In this document: piece after piece, positions 27,721-37,786 of the stretch
Layout of the letters: each line of letters begins with the position of its first letter
Numbering within the stretch: the first letter of the stretch is position 1
NCBI GenBank assembly: GCA_965648915.1
Contig: CBFGIV010000009.1
Coordinates: forward strand, 1-62,402
Source: a candidate division WOR-3 bacterium
GTDB lineage: Bacteria > Hydrothermota > Tepidihabitantia > SM23-42 > CAYGYG01
Length of the DNA: 62,402 nt
Reading direction: 5' to 3'
Made by a program: the position numbers and the translations under genes
Notes under the pieces: model-generated
Database searches by the model: none
What the model was told of the DNA's origin: nothing
The model's input: the letters and a program-made list of their open reading frames with translations, nothing else

Positions 27721-28953
27721 ATGGCTAAAGCGGACCGGATTGTCGGTGTTGATCTGGGCACAACAAAGATTGCAGTAATTATTGCTGAACCCGACGCATC
27801 CGGGAATCTTAGAGTCATCGGCGTTGGCTCGGCTCCATCTGAGGGAATGCGGCGGGGGGTCATAATCAATCTTGAAAAAGCGGTCCAATCTATCGAAAAA
27901 GCCGTCGATGCTGCTTCTAAGATGGCTGGCTTCAAAGTCGATTCCTGCTATGCTGGAATATCCGGTTCTCATATTGAGAGTATTACATCACACGCTATGG
28001 TGGCAATCTCCAAGCCGGGGACTGAGATTACCAGAAAGGATGTGGAGCGGGTTATCGAGCAGGCGCGAACGATTGCCCTCCCCCCTGATCGGGAGATCAT
28101 CCATGCAATTCCTGTTGAATTCATTGTCGATAATGAAAAGGGGATTAAAGATCCGGTCGGGATGGCGGGTGTAAAACTTGAAGCCTTTGTCCATCTTGTT
28201 ACTGTAGCAATCACTTCGGCACAGAATATTCATCGGGCCCTCGAAAAAGCCGGGCTTAAAGTTAAAGACCTGGTCCTGCAACCACTGGCTTCATCCTTTG
28301 CGGTTCTTGAACCGGATGAGATAAATCTTGGAGTCATCCTCCTTGACATTGGTGGTGGCACTACCGACCTGGCGATCTTTTATGATGGTGCCATCCGTCA
28401 TACTCAGGTAATCCCCCTGGGGGGTGAATATATCACCAATGATATTGCCATCGGGCTCCGTACCCCACCCAATCGGGCCGAAGAGATTAAACTCCTTCAC
28501 GGTTCAGCAAAACTTGATCCCGATGAAAAGGATAAGGCTATTATTGTGCCCGGAATTGGTGGGCGGGAGGATCGAACGATATCAAAACAATTTTTGATCT
28601 CGATCATAAATCCGCGGATTGAAGAGATTCTGATGATTGCTCACAAGGAGGTTAAAAAGACCGATTATGCCGATTTAATTGCTGCCGGCGTCGTGATTAC
28701 TGGTGGAACTGCCCGCCTCAAGAATATCGACCGTCTGGCTGAAGAGATATTTAACCTCCCAGTCAAGATCGGTATTCCCAAGAAGGTGGGTGGGTTGACC
28801 GATATAATATCTGATCCAATCTATGCCACCGGAATCGGTCTCATCTTCTATGGGCTGGAAATGAAAAACCGTGATTTACTACCTAGGAAAAAAGGTAAAG
28901 GCATGTTTGATGTATTAAAAAATCGCTTTGAAAATCTAATCAAGTACTTTTAA
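27721..28953 (+). CDS. ftsA: Cell division protein FtsA
   Basis: VDLGTTKI, DIGGGTTD, GGEYITNDIA, VVITGG. Confidence 0.97.
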   Translation: MAKADRIVGVDLGTTKIAVIIAEPDASGNLRVIGVGSAPSEGMRRGVIINLEKAVQSIEKAVDAASKMAGFKVDSCYAGISGSHIESITSHAMVAISKPGTEITRKDVERVIEQARTIALPPDREIIHAIPVEFIVDNEKGIKDPVGMAGVKLEAFVHLVTVAITSAQNIHRALEKAGLKVKDLVLQPLASSFAVLEPDEINLGVILLDIGGGTTDLAIFYDGAIRHTQVIPLGGEYITNDIAIGLRTPPNRAEEIKLLHGSAKLDPDEKDKAIIVPGIGGREDRTISKQFLISIINPRIEEILMIAHKEVKKTDYADLIAAGVVITGGTARLKNIDRLAEEIFNLPVKIGIPKKVGGLTDIISDPIYATGIGLIFYGLEMKNRDLLPRKKGKGMFDVLKNRFENLIKYF

Positions 28954-28967
28954 GAAGGAGGCATTTT

Positions 28968-30101
28968 ATGTTCGAAATTATTGAAGACCCAAAAAATATC
29001 GTAAAGATTAAACTGGTTGGCATTGGCGGTGCTGGATGTAATACGATAAACTTTGCGATCGAGGATGGTATCAAAGGTGTCGAAACAATTGCTGTGAATA
29101 CTGATCTCCAGATACTGAGCAAAAATCTCTCACCCAACAAATTTCAGATCGGAGAGAAACTCACCAATGGACACGGTGCAGGTGGTGATCCGGAAATCGG
29201 TCGTAAGGCCGCCGAAGATGCGCGGGAAGAAATTCGAGAACTGCTTAAGGACGCCGATATGGTTTTTCTTACCTGTGGTGAGGGTGGTGGCACCGGTACC
29301 GGCGCCACACCGATTTTTGCTGAAGAGGCAAAAAATCTCAATGCCCTGGTTGTGGCGGTGGTGAGTAAACCTTGGTCTTCCGAAGGTAAAAGGCGTATGG
29401 ATAATGCCCTTATGGGCATTGAAGAGTTGCGGATGAGAGTCGATACCCTGATTGTTATCTCTAACGACCGTCTGCTTTCAATCGTTCCCAAGAATATGCC
29501 TGCAAACGAATCACTCAGGTTTGGTAATGAGACCCTGTTCAATGCCATAAAAGGGATTGTTGAAATCATCACGATCCCGGGTATCATAAATGTCGACTTT
29601 GCCGATGTCCGGACGGTAATGTCGGAAAAGGGCGCAGCGGTAATCGGAATGGGAATCGCCGAAAATGAAAACCGTGCCGTAGAGGCCGCAACCAGAGCCA
29701 TCTCCTCGCCCCTCCTTGATGATCTCTCAATCAAGGGTGCCCGGGGATTATTAATAAATATCGGCGGTGGTGAAGACCTTTCGATGACTGAAATCAATGA
29801 GGCAACAAACTTAATCTATACTGCCACTGAATCTGAACCGTATCTTATTCCAGGCTTCTTCCAGGACCCATCGATAAATGGTAAAGTAAAAGTAACCGTA
29901 ATCGCTACCGGACTCAAAGATAAAACAATCCCAACTTCGTCTGAGATCCCCGATCTCGGTGCCTTCCAATCCACCAAGAGCGACATTGAGCGACCAACTT
30001 TTATAAGATTGGATAAAAATCGAGAACGGACCACTAAAAAGATTGAAATCGATGAGAACAATCTCGAAATCCCGACCTTCCTGAGGAAGCAGATCGACTA
30101 A
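28968..30101 (+). CDS. ftsZ: Cell division GTPase FtsZ
   Basis: GIGGAGCN, GGGTGTG, INVDFADV, C-terminal EIPTFLRK. Confidence 0.98.
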   Translation: MFEIIEDPKNIVKIKLVGIGGAGCNTINFAIEDGIKGVETIAVNTDLQILSKNLSPNKFQIGEKLTNGHGAGGDPEIGRKAAEDAREEIRELLKDADMVFLTCGEGGGTGTGATPIFAEEAKNLNALVVAVVSKPWSSEGKRRMDNALMGIEELRMRVDTLIVISNDRLLSIVPKNMPANESLRFGNETLFNAIKGIVEIITIPGIINVDFADVRTVMSEKGAAVIGMGIAENENRAVEAATRAISSPLLDDLSIKGARGLLINIGGGEDLSMTEINEATNLIYTATESEPYLIPGFFQDPSINGKVKVTVIATGLKDKTIPTSSEIPDLGAFQSTKSDIERPTFIRLDKNRERTTKKIEIDENNLEIPTFLRKQID

Positions 30102-30176
30102 GCAACTGTTTTTTGACATTTAATAAGGGATTGTTGATCTAATCGATAATTTTTAAAAACCGGCTTAAATTTTGGT

Positions 30177-30204
30177 TTGACTTAATTTGTAATTTAACTA
30201 TAAT
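30177..30204 (+). promoter_or_regulatory. sigma70-type promoter
   Basis: TTGACT-16-TATAAT followed by GGAGGT. Confidence 0.8.
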
Positions 30205-30222
30205 CTGCTAAGGGAGGTGTCT

Positions 30223-31260
30223 GTGAAGAAAAATATATTTGTTCTTTTAATGATCTCAACAACTGTACTGCTTTCCGGTGAAATTATTTATCAGAATGGT
30301 ATCCTCATCAATCCGGTCCCTTATCAAAACACTTTCAATGCCGAAGTCGTCGATTCCTTTCGCTCACCCGCCACCGGTTATTCTATGGGCCTTGCCTGGG
30401 ATGGTAAGTATCTCTGGAATGACGAAGCATTTACCAGATGGTTTGCCAAAGTCGATACATTGGGTAATATGATCAATAGTTATACCCCAACCTCTGGTAA
30501 TCGTGATATGACCTTTGACGGCCGTTATCTCTGGGCAACTGACTGGCAGGCAGCACAGGTTTTTAAGTATGACACCAGCAACTGTTCGATAATCGCCGCC
30601 TTCACACCACCGTTTGGTGGAAAGCCGAACGGTATGACCTGGGACGGTAAGTACCTCTGGGTTGGTGAAGAGAATGGCCGGATCTATCAGTGCGATACCT
30701 GTCTGAACCTGATTCGAAGTATCCCTGCTCCCAATAACACCGGTTACAATCCCCGGGGACTTGCCTTTGATGGTAAAGACTTATATGTGGGCTGTCAGAC
30801 AATAGGCATTATCTATCGTATCGACACAATCGATGGGACGATTCAGGAGCAATTCAGTTCACCCAGTCGATCATTACAACAGGGTCTTACCTGGGATGGT
30901 AAGTATCTCTGGTCCACAGGTGGCAACAATTGGGTTTATAAGATCAAACCCACAGTCAACATTGAAGAGAGAGAAAAAGAACTCTTTCAACTAAAAACCG
31001 GTGTCAACTTCGAAATCTATCCCAATCCAGCCCGGAGAACAGTAAACTTTCGTATCACCGCTCATTGTGCCCGAAAGGTCTCTCTTGCCGTCTATAATTC
31101 TACCGGAAGTTTAATTAAACAATTTACCTGCGAAGCGATTGAGCCAACCAGCAAGTTGAACTTTGATTTGAAGACTACTCAATTTAAGCCGGGTATCTAT
31201 TTTATTCGACTCCAGAGTGGTCCTGCACAGGTTACGAGAAAACTGGTATACTTAAAATAA
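30223..31260 (+). CDS. Secreted beta-propeller protein with T9SS type-A-like C-terminal sorting domain
   Basis: Signal peptide; five (W/F)DG(K/R)xL(W/Y) repeats; IYPNP...VYNSTG...PGIYFIRL...RKLV. Confidence 0.8.
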   Translation: MKKNIFVLLMISTTVLLSGEIIYQNGILINPVPYQNTFNAEVVDSFRSPATGYSMGLAWDGKYLWNDEAFTRWFAKVDTLGNMINSYTPTSGNRDMTFDGRYLWATDWQAAQVFKYDTSNCSIIAAFTPPFGGKPNGMTWDGKYLWVGEENGRIYQCDTCLNLIRSIPAPNNTGYNPRGLAFDGKDLYVGCQTIGIIYRIDTIDGTIQEQFSSPSRSLQQGLTWDGKYLWSTGGNNWVYKIKPTVNIEEREKELFQLKTGVNFEIYPNPARRTVNFRITAHCARKVSLAVYNSTGSLIKQFTCEAIEPTSKLNFDLKTTQFKPGIYFIRLQSGPAQVTRKLVYLK

Positions 31261-31417
31261 TCTCTTCTGGACTAAAAAGCGTTCTCTTTCAACCTGCCGG
31301 GTTACCAGGGGTGTTCCTCTCTAATATCAGACATGTAATTCTATCCATAACCCCTACCTGTCAGGTATAGAGATTTAATACTTTATTTCGCTAAAGAAGG
31401 CTCAACCGCGAATAGCC

Positions 31418-31445
31418 TTGACATTAGTGAATATATATATAAAAT
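31418..31445 (+). promoter_or_regulatory. ddl promoter
   Basis: TTGACA-16-TAAAAT. Confidence 0.7.
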
Positions 31446-31459
31446 AGTCTGTTCTAATT

Positions 31460-32563
31460 ATGAAGAAGAAAATCCGTGTCGGCATTCTCTGCGGCGGCAA
31501 ATCGGCCGAACACGAGATTTCACTGATCTCTGCAAAAAATGTAATTTCGGCCATCGACCGTAATAAGTACGAAGTCGTCGTAATCGGTATTGATAAGGAG
31601 GGAACCTGGCGTTTCTACCCGGATGATAATTTTATCCTCAATCCGGAAGATCCCAAAGCAATCAGATTGATTCCGCATGGTTCAATCATCGCCCTCATCC
31701 CCGGGAAGGGCAAAAGGCAATTCTTAAATATATCCTCTCTCCAATTTTTAAAATCGGTCGATGTTGTCTTCCCGGTACTCCATGGTCCGTTTGGTGAAGA
31801 CGGAACAGTTCAGGGGCTCCTGAAACTCATCGATATTCCATTCGTCGGTGCCTCGGTTCTGGGCTCAGCGGTGGGAATGGATAAAGAAGTTACCAAAAGA
31901 CTTCTGCAAGAGGCAAAGATACCCGTACCTAAATTTCTGGTCTTACATAAAAATAACGCTGACCAGATTAACTTTGACTTGATAAAGAAGAAAATCAGGT
32001 TACCCCTCTTTATCAAACCATCAAATCTCGGTTCATCGGTTGGTATCCACAAAGTTAAAACGAGAAACGATTTCCGGTCTGCATTAAAGGATGCTTTCCA
32101 GTACGACCGGAAGATCCTGATTGAAGAATTTATCGAAGGCAGGGAGATCGAGTGTTCAGTATTGGGCAATGAGCATCCTATCGCATCCCTACCGGGTGAA
32201 ATTGTCCCCCGGCACGAATTCTATTCTTACGAAGCCAAATATCTCGACAAAGATGGTGCGCTCTTAAAAGCACCGGCAGCACTCTCGCCCCGGATTGTAA
32301 AAAAAGTTCAGGAACTGGCGATCAAAACATTTAAGACACTCAATTGTGAAGGGATGGCCCGGGTCGACTTTTTCCTGAGAAATGAGCAGGAGTTATTTGT
32401 TAATGAATTGAACACGATCCCTGGTTTCACAAAAATCAGTATGTATCCTAAACTCTGGGAGATCAGTGGTATTCCCTATCGAGAACTGATCGACCGTCTG
32501 ATTCAACTTGCCCTGGAAAGATTCCAAAAAGAGAAAAAACTCAAAACTTCTTATCAACCTTAA
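31460..32563 (+). CDS. ddl: D-alanine--D-alanine ligase
   Basis: GGKSAEHEIS, LHGPFGEDG, GSSVG, YSYEAKY, NELNTIPGFT. Confidence 0.97.
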   Translation: MKKKIRVGILCGGKSAEHEISLISAKNVISAIDRNKYEVVVIGIDKEGTWRFYPDDNFILNPEDPKAIRLIPHGSIIALIPGKGKRQFLNISSLQFLKSVDVVFPVLHGPFGEDGTVQGLLKLIDIPFVGASVLGSAVGMDKEVTKRLLQEAKIPVPKFLVLHKNNADQINFDLIKKKIRLPLFIKPSNLGSSVGIHKVKTRNDFRSALKDAFQYDRKILIEEFIEGREIECSVLGNEHPIASLPGEIVPRHEFYSYEAKYLDKDGALLKAPAALSPRIVKKVQELAIKTFKTLNCEGMARVDFFLRNEQELFVNELNTIPGFTKISMYPKLWEISGIPYRELIDRLIQLALERFQKEKKLKTSYQP

Positions 32564-32620
32564 ATAAGAGAAAGAGGCCAAAAATAACTTGACTTAAATC
32601 TATTTTCACCTTTAATTACA

Positions 32621-33997
32621 GTGATGGCCCGGAGTATCAATTACCGTGCAATTATTATACTGCTCACCCTCTCACTCATTTCCCGTTTTCTCTTTTTCCT
32701 CACCATCCGCCCCTGGGATACGATTACCCTTTCCCGGATTTTACAATCTGACTGCCTCGGCTATCACAAATTAGCCTTAAACCTGGCGAAATACCACCAA
32801 TTCGCTTATGAAAAAGACGGCCCGCCTGATGCTCTGCGTACCCCACTCTATCCTTTATTAATCTCCCTTGGCTACAAAATCTTTGGTCCCGCGCCGTGGA
32901 TCATTATTGTTATTCAAATAATCCTTAGCACTCTCTCTGCTCTGATCCTCTATTCAATCATCGCCCGGTCGGTTGGTCCTCAAATTGCTTTCTCTGCTCT
33001 GCTCTTCTTTACCTTCGATCCCTTTCTTATTATCTTTACCAACACCTGTATCAGTGAAACGCTCTTCATCTTCTTACTTCTGCTGGGTGTTTTTTTCTTC
33101 TGTAAAATAATTACCAGTCATCAATCCGAAAAAAATTATCTCAACCTGGTACTCACCGCCATTCTCTTTGGTCTTACTGCACTAACCCGCCCTATATCAG
33201 TATATCTACCAATATTGGTCGTTATCCAGCTTTTTATGCTAAAGGCACAAAAAATAAAAATGGTACTATATCAGATATGTATATTTACCTTTTTCTTTCT
33301 CTTAACTCTCTCTCCTTGGTTAATCAGAAATTATTTTATTTTTAAATCCTTCCGTCTCTCGACTTCAGGGTCTTATAATCTACTCTATCTTTTTGTTGGC
33401 GAGGCGGAAATGGAACGGAGAAAAAAATCAGCAGATAGCGTCAACCATCAACTTACAATCGAAGTCGAAAGTCTGATCACCAGAGACGGCCGGATCCCGG
33501 AAAAACTTAATTCTTTCCAGAAAGTCAAATACTGGAATAGACTGGCATTTCACTATCTGTTTAATTATCCAGGACTAAATTTCAAACACTACCTCCTCGG
33601 TATCTTCCGTTTCTTCTTCAGTGTTGAAACCCAGTACCTTGCCGATGTCCTCAGACTACCTTCAGGCAATAGGAGATATAATCCAAAGAATTATCCTGGC
33701 CTCTTCAGTATGGTATCAGGCTGGCTGCACCATAAATCGCTCTGGCAGATAATTATCGGCCTGGGGCTGGAATTATATTTAATCTTTTCGTATAGCCTGC
33801 TGTTAATCGGGATCAGGAACTGCAGTTATTATAAAAATAGCCTTTTTTTTATATTTTTCGCCAGTATAGTCATCTATTTCATCCTTTTGACCGGCACTGC
33901 CGGAGATGCCCGGCTCAGGCTTCCTGCAATACCCTTCTACCTCCCATTCGTTGGTATCGGTTTTAACCGAGTTGTCCTCAGATCAAAAATTTCTTAA
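32621..33997 (+). CDS. GT-C fold membrane glycosyltransferase (ArnT/PMT-like, GT39)
   Basis: D-x-x-x-Y...RTPLYP, SETLF, LTRP, PWLIRNY; many TM helices; TTGACT-16-TTTAAT just upstream. Confidence 0.75.
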   Translation: MMARSINYRAIIILLTLSLISRFLFFLTIRPWDTITLSRILQSDCLGYHKLALNLAKYHQFAYEKDGPPDALRTPLYPLLISLGYKIFGPAPWIIIVIQIILSTLSALILYSIIARSVGPQIAFSALLFFTFDPFLIIFTNTCISETLFIFLLLLGVFFFCKIITSHQSEKNYLNLVLTAILFGLTALTRPISVYLPILVVIQLFMLKAQKIKMVLYQICIFTFFFLLTLSPWLIRNYFIFKSFRLSTSGSYNLLYLFVGEAEMERRKKSADSVNHQLTIEVESLITRDGRIPEKLNSFQKVKYWNRLAFHYLFNYPGLNFKHYLLGIFRFFFSVETQYLADVLRLPSGNRRYNPKNYPGLFSMVSGWLHHKSLWQIIIGLGLELYLIFSYSLLLIGIRNCSYYKNSLFFIFFASIVIYFILLTGTAGDARLRLPAIPFYLPFVGIGFNRVVLRSKIS

Positions 33998-34028
33998 TAA
34001 CCTCTGTGCCCTCCCCATCTCCATACTT

Positions 34029-34667
34029 CTATCTAATCTCACCTCTGGAAAATATGACTCTTCTTCCGGTAAAATTTATCACCTCATTATAAATTGCCTC
34101 AAAATCTCTGGAATTATTTACAAAATCGAGATTCTCCGTATTAACAATCAGCAAGGGGGAGTCGTCATAATGAAAAAAGAAGGAATTATAAGCATTAGAC
34201 AATTCGACAAGGTATTCGTAAGACAGATCTCTTTCATAGATCCGATCCCGTTTGCGAATCCGTTGAATAAGGGTCTCCGGGGTAGCCTGCAGATATATTA
34301 CCAGATCCGGGACGGGGAGATCCGTCTTTAAGACCTGAAAAATCTTCTCGTAGAGCAGCAGCTCCTGTTCCTCAAGATTAAGGTAGGCAAAGATCCGGTC
34401 TTTAGAGAAGAGATAATCTGAGATAATTCGGGTATGAAATAGATCAATCTGGGAGATCGCTACCTGCTGTTTATGCCGGGATAGTAAAAAGTAGATCTGG
34501 GTGGGAAAGGCAAACCTTTTCGGGTCTTTATAAAAATTCGGTAAGAATGGATTTTCCTCGACCTCTTCAAGTATGGGTTGAGCAGCAATCTTTTTAGCCA
34601 GTGCGGTCGTCAGGGATGTCTTACCAACACCGATCACGCCTTCAACGGCAATATACCTTAATTCCAT
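34029..34667 (-). CDS. Deoxynucleoside kinase
   Basis: IAVEGVIGVGKTS, NPFLPNFY, QIYFLLSR, PDLVIYL, RIRKRDR. Confidence 0.9.
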   Translation of the reverse strand: MELRYIAVEGVIGVGKTSLTTALAKKIAAQPILEEVEENPFLPNFYKDPKRFAFPTQIYFLLSRHKQQVAISQIDLFHTRIISDYLFSKDRIFAYLNLEEQELLLYEKIFQVLKTDLPVPDLVIYLQATPETLIQRIRKRDRIYERDLSYEYLVELSNAYNSFFFHYDDSPLLIVNTENLDFVNNSRDFEAIYNEVINFTGRRVIFSRGEIR

Positions 34668-35124
34668 TACAATCAATCCTTTGTATCATATCTTGTATAC
34701 TCAATTTAGTCACCGGGTGAACAAATTCCGGAGCAATAACCGAAAGAGGAACAAGGACAAAATTCCTTTCCGCCATATAGGGATGAGGGATTTTCAGATC
34801 CGGCTCATCAATAACCACTGTGCCGTAACTAATAATATCAAGATCGATGATTCTTGGTTTTGACCAGCCGTGATCTTTACGACCCATTTCCATCTCAATT
34901 GTCTGTAATTCTTTCAATAACTCCCGCGGGTTAAAATCAACATCAATTTCGACTACTTGATTCAGATATCTCGGTTGATTTCGGTCTCCCCAGGGTAAAC
35001 TTTCAAACACCGGTGAACTTCTAACCAGGTCGATCGAATGTTCCCCCATTTTTCGGGCAGCTGTTAGAAGATTGCTCAGACGGTCACCGATATTTGAACC
35101 TAAACTTATGTAGATATTCTTCAT
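34642..35124 (-). CDS. folK: 6-hydroxymethyl-7,8-dihydropterin pyrophosphokinase
   Basis: ISLGSNIG, YLNQV, PRIIDLDI, IPHP, RNFVLVPL. Confidence 0.95.
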   Translation of the reverse strand: MKNIYISLGSNIGDRLSNLLTAARKMGEHSIDLVRSSPVFESLPWGDRNQPRYLNQVVEIDVDFNPRELLKELQTIEMEMGRKDHGWSKPRIIDLDIISYGTVVIDEPDLKIPHPYMAERNFVLVPLSVIAPEFVHPVTKLSIQDMIQRIDCNGIKVYCR

Positions 35125-36632
35125 CTCGGTTTTAAGATTCCAAACGGTAATATCATCTCTTCCAGTGAAATCCCGCCATGCTGTAATGTGTATTTAAATT
35201 CTTGTTCATACTCACTCGGTTTTGTTGGATAGATAAAATAATAGTCCTCACGGGCAATGAGGAAGCGCACTGAAACATTATCGGCCGGCAGCATAAAATC
35301 GGACGGATTCTCAAGAACAATCGCCCCCTTAGCATCACTCCTCAATGCCGGTCCATATTTATATCTCAAATTGGTCGAAATCTCCCGGCCGCCGTAAACC
35401 AGGACCGGCCGCTTGACGCGAATAAAGCCATGGTCGCTGGTTAAAATAATTTTTCGTTTTTTATGAGCCAGCCGCTTCAGGAGTTCAAAGAGAGGCGAAG
35501 TTGGAAACCAGAAACCAAGGAGATTGAGAAAGACCCTTTCATCATTCAACAGCCCTTTCATATCTTCACGACCGGGGATGGAATGGATTAAGATATCGAT
35601 GAAATTCACAATATAGACGACGATATCTGCTTCTCGGGCAAGGACATTGTTGATCGATTTATCGATATCGTTTAATGTCACCATTTTATAGAACTGAACC
35701 TCTTTCCGCCCGTAGCCCAGCCTTTTCAACTGTTCAAGAAAGAGTTCCTTTTCAAATCGATTCTGCCCCTTCTCTTCAAATGTCCAGTATTCAGGATAAT
35801 GCTTAACAATATCTAAGGGCAAAAGGCCCGCCATTAATGCATTGCGCGCATAAGGTGTTGCCGAAGGAAGGATCGAATAATAGTAATCGGTTGCAACCTC
35901 AAAATAATCTCTCAGATAGGGTTGGATCTTATTATATTGATCGAGACGCATCGAGTCCAGGATGAATAAGTAGACCGGTCCTTCCCGGAGATATGGTGTA
36001 ACAATGGTTGAGAAAAATTTGTGCGAGAAGATCGGGCCTTCTTCGAGCAGATGTCGATAGTTCTTTTCAATATATTTATTAAAGGCGCTATTCGCCTCGC
36101 TTTTTCTATTATCATGAATCTCTTTCAATTCCTGATCGCCGAGCTCAAGTAATTTCAAATCCCAGGCAACCTGGGATTCATAATAATTTATCCAGCCCCG
36201 GTAAGAAGAAGGGAGTTCGACATCCCTCATCTGTTGAGCATATTCGGCGACAACACTCTTCTCTATCAACTTTCTTCGTTTCAAGGTGCGATTGAGGACG
36301 GAAAGTATCTGATTAAAACTGAAGGGTTTGGTAATATAGTCATCAACCCAGTCGCTATAGGCCCGCTCCATGAGTTCTTCTTCCTCACTCTTCGTAATCA
36401 TAACAACCAGCTGCTGGGGATTCTTACTCTTGATCTTCTTCAGCACCTCCAAACCATCGATCCCCGGCATTATCTCATCGAGGAAGATAATATCGAAAGG
36501 TTCCTTTTTAAACATCACCAGACCGTCCTCACCCGATGTCGATGTCTTAACTTCATATCCTTCCTGGTTTAAGAGGTAAACAAAGGGTTTCATTAAATCA
36601 ACTTCATCATCGATCCACAAGATTTTCATCAT
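35121..36632 (-). CDS. PorX-like response regulator (receiver + PglZ alkaline-phosphatase-superfamily domain)
   Basis: ILWIDDE, FLDEIMPG, MITKSEEE; ILDSMRLDQ, LPSATPYARN, TSDHG, STNLRYK, QHGGISLEEM. Confidence 0.88.
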   Translation of the reverse strand: MMKILWIDDEVDLMKPFVYLLNQEGYEVKTSTSGEDGLVMFKKEPFDIIFLDEIMPGIDGLEVLKKIKSKNPQQLVVMITKSEEEELMERAYSDWVDDYITKPFSFNQILSVLNRTLKRRKLIEKSVVAEYAQQMRDVELPSSYRGWINYYESQVAWDLKLLELGDQELKEIHDNRKSEANSAFNKYIEKNYRHLLEEGPIFSHKFFSTIVTPYLREGPVYLFILDSMRLDQYNKIQPYLRDYFEVATDYYYSILPSATPYARNALMAGLLPLDIVKHYPEYWTFEEKGQNRFEKELFLEQLKRLGYGRKEVQFYKMVTLNDIDKSINNVLAREADIVVYIVNFIDILIHSIPGREDMKGLLNDERVFLNLLGFWFPTSPLFELLKRLAHKKRKIILTSDHGFIRVKRPVLVYGGREISTNLRYKYGPALRSDAKGAIVLENPSDFMLPADNVSVRFLIAREDYYFIYPTKPSEYEQEFKYTLQHGGISLEEMILPFGILKPR

Positions 36633-37786
36633 GCCTCACTTTTTATCTCCTGGAAACGCGGAAGGACAACCATAAAAGTTGTCCGTCCAGGCATAGACTC
36701 CTTTAAGACCAGACGACCCTTATGATATTCTTCAATGATTCTTCGCGCCAGTACCAGCCCCAATCCCCATCCATACTTTTTCGTGGTCACACCAGGCTTA
36801 AAGATCTCGTCCTCCTTCTTTAAGGTGATCCCCGGTCCGGTATCAGATATCTCAATAAAGACCTGATTGGACTGCTCATAGAGTTTAATCCCTATCTTTC
36901 CGGAATTTGAACCAATGGCATCAATACTATTCTTTATAATATTTTCCACTGCCCACCCGAAGAGAATCTCATCGGTGAGGACCTTGGCGTTACTTTCATA
37001 ATCTACTGAAATCTCAATTCCCTGATGGGCCCTTCGGCGCATATAGTGGACCACACCATCAATAATCGGCCGGGGTTCTTTAACTGATAACTTTGGCGGT
37101 TGCCCGATACGCGAAAACTTCTCTAACACCATCCTCATCCTCTTAGCATCTTCATTAATCCCCTCGATAATTTCAGGATTGAAGTTGCCCTTCATAGTTT
37201 CAATCCAGCCAACCAGTGAAGAAAGTGGTGTTGCCAGCTGATGTGCGGTCTCTTTTGCCAGCGAAGTCCAGATCTTCTCTTCTTCATTTTTCTTAAACAT
37301 CAAATAACCCCAGAACCCGGTGCTGAGGAAAAGTATTAAAAAGAATGTCTCAATCAGAGGGAGAAACTTCAAGGTCCGGGCAAAGGAAGAGAGACCGTAG
37401 TAGAGATAACCGACAACGGTTTCATCAGCCCCGGTAATAACAATCGGAATCGGCGGTCGTTCTTTATTTAACCGGGTCAGCACCCGCCGGATATCTTTTT
37501 CTTTGATGTTTTTCCAGATCGTGGGGTTACCCCCCGGATCAGTAACAATAACCGGGAAATCGATACGCTGGATGACCTCGGTGAAGAGAAGTTCAACAAT
37601 TGCCGACTCATCAATCTTGGGTCCGGCAACATATTTTGCAAAGATCCGCGAAGTGGTTTCAGTCTCTTCGCTGATCCGCCGGATCAGGCGATGAACATAG
37701 TAATATGTTACTGAACCAATAATCAGGATGCCAATAAGAAAATATATCTGGAGAACCTTGGAAGTTAGTTTAGTCCGAAACCGCAT
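36629..37786 (-). CDS. Membrane sensor histidine kinase
   Basis: Two TM helices; AKETAHQLATP, ENIIKNSIDA, DTGPG, FKPGVTTK, GWGLGL. Confidence 0.9.
   Translation of the reverse strand: MRFRTKLTSKVLQIYFLIGILIIGSVTYYYVHRLIRRISEETETTSRIFAKYVAGPKIDESAIVELLFTEVIQRIDFPVIVTDPGGNPTIWKNIKEKDIRRVLTRLNKERPPIPIVITGADETVVGYLYYGLSSFARTLKFLPLIETFFLILFLSTGFWGYLMFKKNEEEKIWTSLAKETAHQLATPLSSLVGWIETMKGNFNPEIIEGINEDAKRMRMVLEKFSRIGQPPKLSVKEPRPIIDGVVHYMRRRAHQGIEISVDYESNAKVLTDEILFGWAVENIIKNSIDAIGSNSGKIGIKLYEQSNQVFIEISDTGPGITLKKEDEIFKPGVTTKKYGWGLGLVLARRIIEEYHKGRLVLKESMPGRTTFMVVLPRFQEIKSEA

Noticed and set aside
29144..29797. 217-aa antisense ORF over ftsZ (likewise 9143-9766, 54280-54900 and other shadow ORFs)
   Set aside because: Lie opposite well-conserved genes, lack motifs and translation signals
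30395..30912. Identical 23-nt repeats as CRISPR or DGR template/variable repeats
   Set aside because: In-frame coding repeats of propeller blades; no reverse transcriptase or adenine-specific mismatches
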